Source: Candidatus Omnitrophota bacterium
GTDB taxonomy: Bacteria > Omnitrophota > Gorgyraeia > 2-01-FULL-45-10
DNA: 64,000 bases
Assembly (NCBI GenBank): GCA_903843285.1
Contig: CAIMPC010000016.1
Coordinates: forward strand, 1,075 to 65,074
Reading direction: 5' to 3'
Numbering within the stretch: position 1 is the stretch's first letter; each line of letters opens with the position of its first letter. The translations under genes were made by a program, and so were the position numbers. The notes beneath the pieces were generated by a model. It made no database searches and was not told where the DNA came from. It saw only the letters and a program-made list of their open reading frames with translations. Of the stretch, positions 53,184 to 61,909 are shown piece after piece.

Positions 53184-55004
53184 TTATTTTAATAATAGCG
53201 ATATTACTACCGCGGTTGCTACTAATGACCAAATAATATACGTCTTAACGCTTCCATCGTGCAAGCCTCGTATTATGGCTGATGCGTAATCAGTTATCGT
53301 TGGGATGAAAGAATCATATATCCAATTTGTAGCCTTATCGCACGTACTCAGGCAGTAAGCAAAAATGGTCGTTGCCCCCATCCCTATATTATAAGGATCG
53401 AGCACTCCTCTTTCAGCCTTATCGTAAACTGTGCTCAGTATTGGGGCATGGTGAATATGATCTACAGCCTTAAGTCCACTGCCCGTGCGTTTTACGCCAT
53501 ACATATGATTAAGCACAGCGGCAATAAGAACTGCTATTGTTACCCATACTATCGTGGTATTTGTGGGCCAGCCGGCGAAGTTATAATCCTCAAGCCTTGA
53601 TCCTAAGATCGGCTGGATCAAATATTTTAATGGAATCGAGTTCCATAATCCGAATATAACGCACAGGGATGCGATCGTTATCATAGGCGCTAACATTGAT
53701 ATGGGCGCCTCTTTAACATCTTCCCTATTTGCCCTACCCATAAACGCCGCATGGCCAAGCTTTAAGAACGAAGCCGCCGTTAGGAACGACCCGAGCACAG
53801 CCGCAATATAGAATATCATACCTCTTTCCAGGGCGCCATCATATATAAGCTCTTTAGAGAAAAACCCGTTGAATGGCGGTACTCCTGATATCGAAGCAGC
53901 CGTTATGATAAAACATATAAATGTAATCGGCATCATTCTGCCCAGTCCACCCAGCTTCTCCAGGTCTGTAGTTCCGGCCTGTTTTTCAACGGAGCCCCCG
54001 GTCAAGAATAAACAACTCTTATACATGGCATGGTTGATCATATGGAATAATCCGCCAACTATTCCGATAGGCACGAGCGTTCCGATGCCAAGTATCATAT
54101 ACCCTACCTGACTTATGGCGTGATAAGACAATAATCTCTTATAATCCTTCTGTATTAATGCCATCAGAACCGCGCCCAATATCGTGATGGCTCCGACCGT
54201 CATAAGCGTATAACTAGCCCATGAATTATGAGAAAGTTTAAACATGTCCAGAGATATTCTAGCCAGTAAATATATGCCCAACAACTTTTCAAGAGCGGCC
54301 GGCAATATGGCCATAAAAGGTAAATGGGCGTCAAGCGCGGCGTCCGGTATCCACGTGTGGAATGGCATTGATCCGGCCTTAGCAATCGCGCCAATAACCA
54401 TTAATATGAATGCCAGACCGCCTATACCACCAACTCCAATACATATATTTGACATCGTAAATGTTCCTGCAATATGGCCGCAGATCGCAATGCCTGCCAT
54501 CAAACATAGATCGCTGATGCCGACGATGATAAAGGCCTTAGTAGCTGTCTTATAAGCGGCCTTATTTCCTATTGCTATCATTCCCCACAGCGTAACAAGT
54601 AAGGCCTCCCAAAAGAATAGCATAAGGACGAGATTGTTCGACAATACTGCGCCATTGACCAGAGATAGTGAAATCAGGAGGAGGCCGAAAAAGATGCCGG
54701 AATTAGATTTCTCGCGCATGAACGCCACGGAATACAGAGTGATCAGAAATCCAAATCCCGCAGATGCCAGGATTATAAAGGCGCTGAATTGGTATAGCCT
54801 GAGCGAAAACTCAAAACCGAAGCTTGCCCAAGGCACCGTGAAAGAAAAATTACTCTTAAATATCATGGCTGTGGCCACCAGATTGGCAAACGTGACTAGT
54901 AATGCTGTTATATCCTTAGGCCATTTGGAATTGCGGAGGAAAATTAATACCACAGATCCGGCGAGAAGCGGGACAAATATCAGTGAAAGTAGAATATTTT
55001 CCAT
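53184..55004 (-). CDS. Antiporter-like subunit (NuoL/MrpA family)
   Basis: 606 aa, the longest of the three, as is typical for NuoL/MrpA. Confidence 0.75.
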   Translation of the reverse strand: MENILLSLIFVPLLAGSVVLIFLRNSKWPKDITALLVTFANLVATAMIFKSNFSFTVPWASFGFEFSLRLYQFSAFIILASAGFGFLITLYSVAFMREKSNSGIFFGLLLISLSLVNGAVLSNNLVLMLFFWEALLVTLWGMIAIGNKAAYKTATKAFIIVGISDLCLMAGIAICGHIAGTFTMSNICIGVGGIGGLAFILMVIGAIAKAGSMPFHTWIPDAALDAHLPFMAILPAALEKLLGIYLLARISLDMFKLSHNSWASYTLMTVGAITILGAVLMALIQKDYKRLLSYHAISQVGYMILGIGTLVPIGIVGGLFHMINHAMYKSCLFLTGGSVEKQAGTTDLEKLGGLGRMMPITFICFIITAASISGVPPFNGFFSKELIYDGALERGMIFYIAAVLGSFLTAASFLKLGHAAFMGRANREDVKEAPISMLAPMITIASLCVIFGLWNSIPLKYLIQPILGSRLEDYNFAGWPTNTTIVWVTIAVLIAAVLNHMYGVKRTGSGLKAVDHIHHAPILSTVYDKAERGVLDPYNIGMGATTIFAYCLSTCDKATNWIYDSFIPTITDYASAIIRGLHDGSVKTYIIWSLVATAVVISLLLK

Positions 55005-55008
55005 AACT

Positions 55009-56445
55009 TTATATACCCAACATCTGCTTAAGCGTTATCTGAACGTATGCGGCCGGATAGCTTATCCAGATGCCTCCAGCCAGCGAAAGGATCCCTAATA
55101 TTGCTACACTGGCCACCATTACGCGCGAGCCTTCGGCCTCTGAATGCGCCTTCTCTTCACCCATGAAGATCATGTTGAATAGTCTGAATAGATATATGAT
55201 CGTAAGGAATGCGCCAACGAGAAAGACCATAGCTATCCATACGTTTTGATTAAATGCGCCTGACATTACCATATATTTAGAGAAGAACCCTCCGAACGGG
55301 GGTACACCCATTACCGACAATGCACAGAACAGGAACGAGATGGCGGTTATTGGCATAGAGGCTAATAGCCCCCCCATTTTAGTAATGTCTTTAGTGCGTG
55401 TTCCGTGCTCTATTATTCCGGCACACAGAAAAAGTCCGCCTTTTGCTATGCCATGCATTAATATATATAGGAGGGCGCCCGCTATACCTATGTTACCTCC
55501 AACAGCAAGACCGAGGAATATAAAAGCTATCTGACTGATGGTCGAATACGCTATTATTCTCTTCATGTCGGTTTCGATTAATGCGGCGCCTGCAGAGATT
55601 AGCGCGCTGGCGGAGGCAATGATCGGTACGACCGTGTGCCATATAGCGGCTATTGGAAGCGTCATGACGAAAAGCCTGGCAAATACATAAACTCCTATTT
55701 TTACCAGGACGGCGGCGTGAAGCAGTGCTGTCACGGGCGATGGCGCAACGCCGGCATCGGGTAGCCACGTATGAAACGGAAGAGTTGCCGACTTCGAAAG
55801 TATCCCCAGCAGTATAAGGAGGACTATCCAGTTGGATATCGGGTTTACTCCGAAATATCCCTTTATGACGGCCAGATCGAATGATCCGGTCTCGGCATAT
55901 AGCAATATGAAGCCAAATAACATTGCCAGGGCGCCAAAGATAGTAACCATAAACGCTTTATCAGCCTTAATAACATGCTGTTTCTCCCTGAAAAAGCCTA
56001 TAAGGCGCCAGCTTGCTATAGCGGTTATCTCCCAGAATATATATAGAAGGATTAGATTTGAGGAGAAGACGAGTCCCATCATCGCGCCTATGAATAAGAC
56101 TACCATCGTATAGTATTCATTTCGATTGGGATAATGACTTATATATCCGAAAGAATACATCGTGATGATGACGCTAATAAACGATGAGACTATTGCCATG
56201 AAGACGGATAAAGGATCTGCAGTTAATACGAAGTTAAATCCGAGCGGACCGGCTAAGGCTACGGTTATCGTCTGTCCGGACAATACCGTAGGCACAAGCA
56301 TAGCCGAGGCCACAAGCGATGCTAATACGAATATTAGCGCCAGCGCGTTTCTTAAGTGCTCGGAAATCCTCCCTATAGCGGGCAGTGTGAATGCGCCCAT
56401 TACGGGCACAAAGACTGCAGCTAATAGCAGTCCACTATTATTCAT
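55009..56445 (-). CDS. Antiporter-like subunit (NuoM/MrpD family)
   Basis: 478 aa. Its ATG overlaps the hppA stop by 8 nt (CATGAATAA). Confidence 0.75.
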   Translation of the reverse strand: MNNSGLLLAAVFVPVMGAFTLPAIGRISEHLRNALALIFVLASLVASAMLVPTVLSGQTITVALAGPLGFNFVLTADPLSVFMAIVSSFISVIITMYSFGYISHYPNRNEYYTMVVLFIGAMMGLVFSSNLILLYIFWEITAIASWRLIGFFREKQHVIKADKAFMVTIFGALAMLFGFILLYAETGSFDLAVIKGYFGVNPISNWIVLLILLGILSKSATLPFHTWLPDAGVAPSPVTALLHAAVLVKIGVYVFARLFVMTLPIAAIWHTVVPIIASASALISAGAALIETDMKRIIAYSTISQIAFIFLGLAVGGNIGIAGALLYILMHGIAKGGLFLCAGIIEHGTRTKDITKMGGLLASMPITAISFLFCALSVMGVPPFGGFFSKYMVMSGAFNQNVWIAMVFLVGAFLTIIYLFRLFNMIFMGEEKAHSEAEGSRVMVASVAILGILSLAGGIWISYPAAYVQITLKQMLGI

Positions 56446-58786
56446 GACAAGCTGTGTCTGTAGTTGATGGTGCTGCCTCGGGTACTGGTCTCTTACTCTG
56501 CCATATAGCCCATATAAGCACCAGGCAGATTAAAGAGATTACAACCCACGCCTTAAAACCAAGATGATTGTATTGAACTACTATAGGCGCAATAATAACC
56601 GATACCAGATTAACTACCTTAATCATCGGATTAAGCGCAGGACCCGCAGTATCTTTAAGAGGGTCTCCGACCGTGTCACCTACGACGCCTGCCTTATGCC
56701 TCTCGGAACCCTTGCCGGTGTTAAGACAAACATCCTTAACCTCATCCTCGATTGTTTTCTTACAGTTATCCCAGGCGCCGCCTGCGTTCGACATGAATAC
56801 GGCTAAAAGCTGCCCTGAAAGTATTATTCCGGCCAGGAATCCGCCGAGGGCTTCTACCTGCAATACTGTACCTACCAATATCGGTGTTACTATGCAAATT
56901 ATAGCCAGACTTATCAGCTCTTTCTGAGCCGCTACAGTCGAAATGGCAACAGCCTGCCTATAGTCCGGCTTTACCTTACCTTCCAGCACACCCAATTTAA
57001 ACTGTCTTCTCACCTCTTCTACTATCAGCGCTGCAGCGCGGCTGACAGCCTGGATAGAGAACGCTGAGAATAACCATGGAAGCGCGCCCCCTATAAGCAT
57101 TCCTATAAATACCTGGGGCACTGAGACCCTTATACCTATCGATGATAATCTTTCCGCAAGAGGGACCCCCATTGCCATCTGAACTCTGCTCACATCGACC
57201 ATGTATGATCCAAATAGCGCTACGGCGGCTATGACAGCCGATCCTATCGCGACACCTTTAGTAATGGCTTTAGTCGTGTTCCCCACACCATCGAGATCGG
57301 CCATTATTCGTCTGGCATCGAGCGTCTCTTTGTCGGTCTGACCGTGCCATGCCATCTCGCCTATTCCATTTGCATTGTCGGCTATCGGTCCGAATGAATC
57401 CATGGCTACGTTATTGCCCGTAAGCGTTAGCATACCTATTCCCGTCATTGCTACTCCATAGAGTATATATGCTATTCTCTCAGTGCCTCCAACACCGGGC
57501 ATCGTCCCAAATATCATAATTGAACTGAATATCGTGGCCGATATCAATAATATGGACCATACCGATGATTCATAACCGACCGCTATTCCGGATAATATAG
57601 TGGTTGCGGCGCCGGTTTTTGTAGATTTTCGTATTTCTCTGACAGGCGCGCCTTCAGTTCCGGTAAAATATTCAGTGAGCCTGTCGATCATGATAGCTAA
57701 CAATACTCCGACTGCGGTAGCCAAAAATGGCCTCCACCAGCCGCCCGGCACCTTATTCATATACAGGAAGGCAAGAATACCGAATAAGACGACAGAGATC
57801 GCGGCCGACGTCAGGAACCCCTTGAATATGGCCTTCATTGCGTTTCCCTTTTTCTCGTTAGGGTCGCTTTTAACGGCATACGTACCTACGATTGAACAGA
57901 GCACGCCTATTCCGCGAACGAGTAGCGGATAGACTATCCACTCAAGCCTATGGGTTATATGGTATAACGCAAGACCTAGTATTAGCCCCGCAACGATAGT
58001 GACCTCGTATGATTCAAATATGTCAGCTGCCATTCCGGCGCAATCACCAACATTGTCACCGACCAGATCTGCTACGACTGCGGGGTTGCGCGGATCATCT
58101 TCAGGTATGTTATGCTCTACTTTTCCTACCAGATCCGCTCCTACGTCTGCGGCCTTTGTATAGATGCCTCCACCGACTCTCATAAAGAGCGCCAAAAGAG
58201 TTCCACCGAAGCCAAATCCTAACAGCGCATCCGGAGCGGCAATCCCGAATATAATAAATATTATCGTGCCGCCGAATAGGCCCAAGCCATCGGTCAGCAT
58301 ACCCGTTACGGTGCCGGCCCTATAAGCGATCCTGAGAGCATCCGCAAAAGACTTTTTTGCAGCCTGAGCCACGCGTACGTTGGCCTGAACTGCCATGCGC
58401 ATGCCAAGCTGTCCTACTAATAGGGAGAATATAGCGCCCATGATGAAGGCAAGCGCTCTGCCTATACCGATTATGAAACGGACTTGCGATTCGGACTGTC
58501 CGGCAAACCTCTGCATGGCTTCCACAGACGGAGGTACCACATAGACTGAGAGGAAGAGCGCAAACGTAAGTACACCTATAAGGGGCAGGATAGTGACTAA
58601 CTGTTTTTTTAAATATGTGTCGGCGCCCTCGCGGATCGCATTCCATACCTCTATCATCTTTGGAGAACCTTTATCCTCGGCAAGTATCTCTTTACGTAAG
58701 AAAAGCGCGTAGAGTAACCCAATGACTGATATCCCGAGAACGCCCCAAATTGCAAACTGTTCAAATACCGTAAGTCCGTAAACCAC
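56438..58786 (-). CDS. hppA: Membrane-bound H+-translocating pyrophosphatase, K+-independent type
   Basis: 782 aa, 16 TM helices. DVGADLVGKVE, DNVGDCAGMAAD and VGNTTKAITKG motifs. The Lys in GNTTKA is the established determinant of K+ independence. GTG start with a GGGGGG SD. Confidence 0.9.
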   Translation of the reverse strand: MVYGLTVFEQFAIWGVLGISVIGLLYALFLRKEILAEDKGSPKMIEVWNAIREGADTYLKKQLVTILPLIGVLTFALFLSVYVVPPSVEAMQRFAGQSESQVRFIIGIGRALAFIMGAIFSLLVGQLGMRMAVQANVRVAQAAKKSFADALRIAYRAGTVTGMLTDGLGLFGGTIIFIIFGIAAPDALLGFGFGGTLLALFMRVGGGIYTKAADVGADLVGKVEHNIPEDDPRNPAVVADLVGDNVGDCAGMAADIFESYEVTIVAGLILGLALYHITHRLEWIVYPLLVRGIGVLCSIVGTYAVKSDPNEKKGNAMKAIFKGFLTSAAISVVLFGILAFLYMNKVPGGWWRPFLATAVGVLLAIMIDRLTEYFTGTEGAPVREIRKSTKTGAATTILSGIAVGYESSVWSILLISATIFSSIMIFGTMPGVGGTERIAYILYGVAMTGIGMLTLTGNNVAMDSFGPIADNANGIGEMAWHGQTDKETLDARRIMADLDGVGNTTKAITKGVAIGSAVIAAVALFGSYMVDVSRVQMAMGVPLAERLSSIGIRVSVPQVFIGMLIGGALPWLFSAFSIQAVSRAAALIVEEVRRQFKLGVLEGKVKPDYRQAVAISTVAAQKELISLAIICIVTPILVGTVLQVEALGGFLAGIILSGQLLAVFMSNAGGAWDNCKKTIEDEVKDVCLNTGKGSERHKAGVVGDTVGDPLKDTAGPALNPMIKVVNLVSVIIAPIVVQYNHLGFKAWVVISLICLVLIWAIWQSKRPVPEAAPSTTDTACHE

Positions 58787-58804
58787 TTTATCCCCCCATT
58801 TTTT

Positions 58805-58846
58805 ATAATAAAAAAACAGCCCTGCCTCATTGTTGCGAGGCGGGCT
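58805..58846 (-). terminator. Intrinsic terminator / attenuator hairpin about 20 nt upstream of the hppA start codon
   Basis: On the minus-strand RNA, GCCCGCCUC-gcaacaau-GAGGCAGGGC forms a 9-bp stem with one bulge, followed by UGUUUUUUUAUUAU. The complementary strand has the A tract before the stem, so the element is strand-specific. Confidence 0.5.
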
Positions 58847-59251
58847 TCATCGTCCTAATGCTTTACTTATAAACCTCATTCAACTTTAAAACAAAGACCC
58901 ATATATTTAAAGAACACTGTAAAATCATAGCAAACTATTAAGGCTATTTCAATAAAAATCTTACGCCAAGATGGGAATGGGAAGATACATCGTACCCCCA
59001 CCCTTCTTTGCGCTACCAGAGTCCAAGAGCGATCACCTCTTAAGGTCACCGGTGCGCAAAAAGCCGCTTTCTCCAGGGGCCCGTGAGACTCGGGTCGAGC
59101 CAATGTCCCGTACCTGAGCGATGATGGTGAGTGATTTATGTGTGTGGCGAAGTGTGGGCGGGTGAAGGTTATTGGCGAGGGGAGATTTGGATTACGTGTT
59201 ATGACTTACTGGGGTGGCTCCGAGAGAAACGTCTAAAATACTTCTATCTTG

Positions 59252-59284
59252 AAGGGTGGCACCTGTGAGCATGGCACTTATTTA
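59252..59284. repeat. 33-nt conserved motif, copy 1 (gaagggtggcaCCTGTGAGCATGGCACTtattt), in the hppA leader
   Basis: 28/33 identical to copy 2, in direct orientation, with a 17-nt perfect core. Confidence 0.7.
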
Positions 59285-59301
59285 TACAATCACGGTATTC
59301 T

Positions 59302-60159
59302 CTAATTGATCGCGACGATAATCCACGAGTGCGTATTATGCAATAAAGAGGTATTAATTTCCAAACCCAAAATATTAAAAGCACCCGGGAGTACCCCTTT
59401 TTTAGTCTCTGGGCTTACCCCTTTAGGGAGCACCATTTCATCAAAGCTTAGGTTCTGCGAAACTATTACACCGACATTGTTGGATGATAGTCGTTCATTC
59501 CATAACTTTTTATTATTCGAGTAAGGAACTAACGCATTCTCGAAAATGCAGAATTTATTAAAATTATTGGTTAAAAGAGACCTGATTTCATTATAGGAAA
59601 AACCGTGATTATCTAGCATTTCCGTATTGGGCGTTCCTATAATGATAATGCCACCTTCTTTTGTGACCCTCTTCAATTCTTTAATAGCGCAGTCTTCTTT
59701 TTGATACTCCTTGATGTGCTCTAACACTTCGCTGCATATAGTCACATCGAAATAATGACTTTCGTAGCTTTTCAAATCCGTTATGCCCTGGATGCTAAAT
59801 TCTGCATACTTACCATATCTGGCTTGCGCAAATTCTATGCTTGGCTTTGATATGTCTGCGCCATATACAAGTGCAGCATTTGATTCTTTGATAATCTGGC
59901 ATCCGTATCCTGAGCCGCATCCTATATCAGACACAACTTTGTTTTTTACAAACTGTGCAGCAAACTTATAGAATTTACAATGATTGGTAAAATTTATAAT
60001 ATCATCCTTAGTTGCTTTCTTATGTCTGCCATATTTATCAAAATTTATACCATCCGGATACACCCTGATGAAGTCCTCATAATAATAAGTGTGATTCTTC
60101 CGGCTTATGTAATGCAATATTGAATCCCGTAGCTTATTTATTACTTTCTTAATTTTCAT
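59302..60159 (-). CDS. Class I SAM-dependent methyltransferase
   Basis: 285 aa. Motif I DIGCGSGYG, motif post-I and acidic residues. Confidence 0.65.
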   Translation of the reverse strand: MKIKKVINKLRDSILHYISRKNHTYYYEDFIRVYPDGINFDKYGRHKKATKDDIINFTNHCKFYKFAAQFVKNKVVSDIGCGSGYGCQIIKESNAALVYGADISKPSIEFAQARYGKYAEFSIQGITDLKSYESHYFDVTICSEVLEHIKEYQKEDCAIKELKRVTKEGGIIIIGTPNTEMLDNHGFSYNEIRSLLTNNFNKFCIFENALVPYSNNKKLWNERLSSNNVGVIVSQNLSFDEMVLPKGVSPETKKGVLPGAFNILGLEINTSLLHNTHSWIIVAIN

Positions 60160-60175
60160 AACCCGCTATTCCTAC

Positions 60176-60865
60176 TTATGCTTTGTAGACTAGCAATGCC
60201 TTGCGGCGAGGACAATATCTGTTTTCGAGAAAATAGATATCCTGATATAGGCGTGAAATATTTGCTTTATCTCCGATCATTGCAAGTACCCAAAACATAA
60301 GATTGTCTAAATTGACCTCTTTGATCGTCTTGAGCGCGCTGACTTGACTACACTTTGTCAGCATAGTTCGTATATGATCGAAATCGACCAACCCGTGTTC
60401 GCAATGATCTTTTATGTAACCGCTTGTGGGCAGATACTGTAGTACCAGAGCCTCGGCACGTCTATTTTCTTCGGTATCAATAGGCGCAATGATAAATACT
60501 GCTGTCTTTGCAAGTCGTATCAACTCGTTAACGACATCGTCGCGCATAACTCGAGGAATATGTTCGAGGGTATCGATACAACAAACTATATCGAATGATC
60601 TATCGTCGAGAGGAATCTTGTGAGCACTCGCTGTAATATCGGCATCACCGGATACATTGAGCGTCGTAACGTTTTCGATACCAAACTGTTTAAGAATGTT
60701 ATTAGATTTAATCCCGCCGACATCAAGGACACTACATCCATGAATACCCAGTGCCTTTATCTCCTGCGCGATTAGATTAACGCGGTTATAGTACTCCCAG
60801 TAATGCCCCTCCGGCTTTTTCTCTTTACCGAATAATTTTCTTAACTTTTTCCTTAAGGATGCCAT
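60176..60865 (-). CDS. Class I SAM-dependent methyltransferase
   Basis: 229 aa. VLDVGG glycine-rich motif I. Confidence 0.55.
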   Translation of the reverse strand: MASLRKKLRKLFGKEKKPEGHYWEYYNRVNLIAQEIKALGIHGCSVLDVGGIKSNNILKQFGIENVTTLNVSGDADITASAHKIPLDDRSFDIVCCIDTLEHIPRVMRDDVVNELIRLAKTAVFIIAPIDTEENRRAEALVLQYLPTSGYIKDHCEHGLVDFDHIRTMLTKCSQVSALKTIKEVNLDNLMFWVLAMIGDKANISRLYQDIYFLENRYCPRRKALLVYKA

Positions 60866-60868
60866 ACG

Positions 60869-61825
60869 TTACCTCCAGCTCATAGGTGTTTTTATACAAG
60901 ACTCACATATTGGGGATTTTATTTTAAGGACGTCCCTGATCCTATGGTTAAGTATACTCCCCATAAAATAATTTGATCCATAGACGCCACAACAGCGCAC
61001 CAGATCTCCATTAAAACTAACCACAATAATGCTTCTTCGGTATTGACACTTATCTGCCCGTTTCGCAGTCTTCATCGCTGCCAATTCACGATTAATATCA
61101 ATGAACTGGCTGTAATGTTTTAACATTCGATCTTTTTGCTGATGAAATAGTATATTTTCTTCAACGCTTGAAATATACATTGGGAGTAGCGTAAAAGAGA
61201 GCCTATGGTTTGCGCAGAATTGCTTGACCTCGATCGCTTCATTTTTATTATAAATGAGGTCGTGAAATCCTATACCGATCTCGACATCTTTAAGATTTCG
61301 CTTACTCTTAATACGTGCAAGTTTTATAATATTTTCAAGCACGTCCTTAATGCTCCCGCCAATATGGTTTTTGGAATACGTTTCTTGTTTCATACCAGAA
61401 ATCGATACTCTGATGCGGCTAACGCCTGACTGTAGTAACTCATCCGGATTTATAAGACAGGTGAGATTGCTGCTTATACCGATTGAACCGGCTCTCCCCA
61501 TGTATTTTGGCGACCATTCCTTCTTTGCATATCTAATCATTTTTGGTAAGTCGGGGTTCAAAAGCGGCTCTCCCCAATTTCCAAATTCAAGCTCTCGGAT
61601 CCCCACCTGTTCTTTCTTAAATTTATCGATAATCTTTTTGAAAATATCGAATGACATTAAACCTTTTGCTTCATTCTTTAAACCACTCACCCCACCCCGA
61701 GGACAAAGAGCGCATCGCAAGTTACAATGCGAAACGTCCACGAGTAGTTTTAGCTCCTCACGGTGGCATAATCGTTTTAACCTATATATATGTTTCTGTA
61801 TCTTTAGCATAGATATTAAATCCAT
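60869..61825 (-). CDS. Radical SAM protein with a Cys-rich C-terminal (SPASM/twitch-like) region
   Basis: CNLRCALC (Cx3Cx2C). C-terminal CCGVYGS...CESC. The start is set at MDLISML (61825). The longer ORF to 61906 would translate through the repeated motif. Confidence 0.5.
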   Translation of the reverse strand: MDLISMLKIQKHIYRLKRLCHREELKLLVDVSHCNLRCALCPRGGVSGLKNEAKGLMSFDIFKKIIDKFKKEQVGIRELEFGNWGEPLLNPDLPKMIRYAKKEWSPKYMGRAGSIGISSNLTCLINPDELLQSGVSRIRVSISGMKQETYSKNHIGGSIKDVLENIIKLARIKSKRNLKDVEIGIGFHDLIYNKNEAIEVKQFCANHRLSFTLLPMYISSVEENILFHQQKDRMLKHYSQFIDINRELAAMKTAKRADKCQYRRSIIVVSFNGDLVRCCGVYGSNYFMGSILNHRIRDVLKIKSPICESCIKTPMSWR

Positions 61826-61834
61826 TAATATTCT

Positions 61835-61867
61835 GGAGTGTGGTGCCTGTGAGCATGGCACTGATTT
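61835..61867. repeat. 33-nt conserved motif, copy 2 (ggagtgtggtgCCTGTGAGCATGGCACTgattt)
   Basis: Same orientation as copy 1. Contains the inverted repeat GTGCC-N9-GGCAC. Confidence 0.7.
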
Positions 61868-61909
61868 CTGCTTACCTATAGACTTAAATAGGTAGGATTG
61901 TGTCATTAA

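Noticed and set aside
58876-59103. 75-aa ORF in the hppA leader
   Set aside because: No RBS and an odd composition. The region behaves like a structured non-coding leader and also contains the repeat motif.
59252-59284. Sigma-54 (-24/-12) promoter interpretation of the TGGCAC core of the repeat
   Set aside because: The GG to GC spacing is off by one in copy 2 and there is no GC element in copy 1. The orientation would also drive plus-strand transcription where there are no genes.
58860-59300. Housekeeping RNA (RNase P, tmRNA, SRP, 6S) in the long intergenic region
   Set aside because: No P4 signature (AGGAAAGTCCGG / CCGGCTTA), no tmRNA tag-frame or T-arm, and no SRP domain-IV motif was found on either strand.
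61826-61906. N-terminal extension of the 345-aa radical SAM ORF
   Set aside because: It would translate straight through the 33-nt motif, which is also found in a non-coding context. Internal Met codons at 61825 and 61810 give a normal-length radical SAM.
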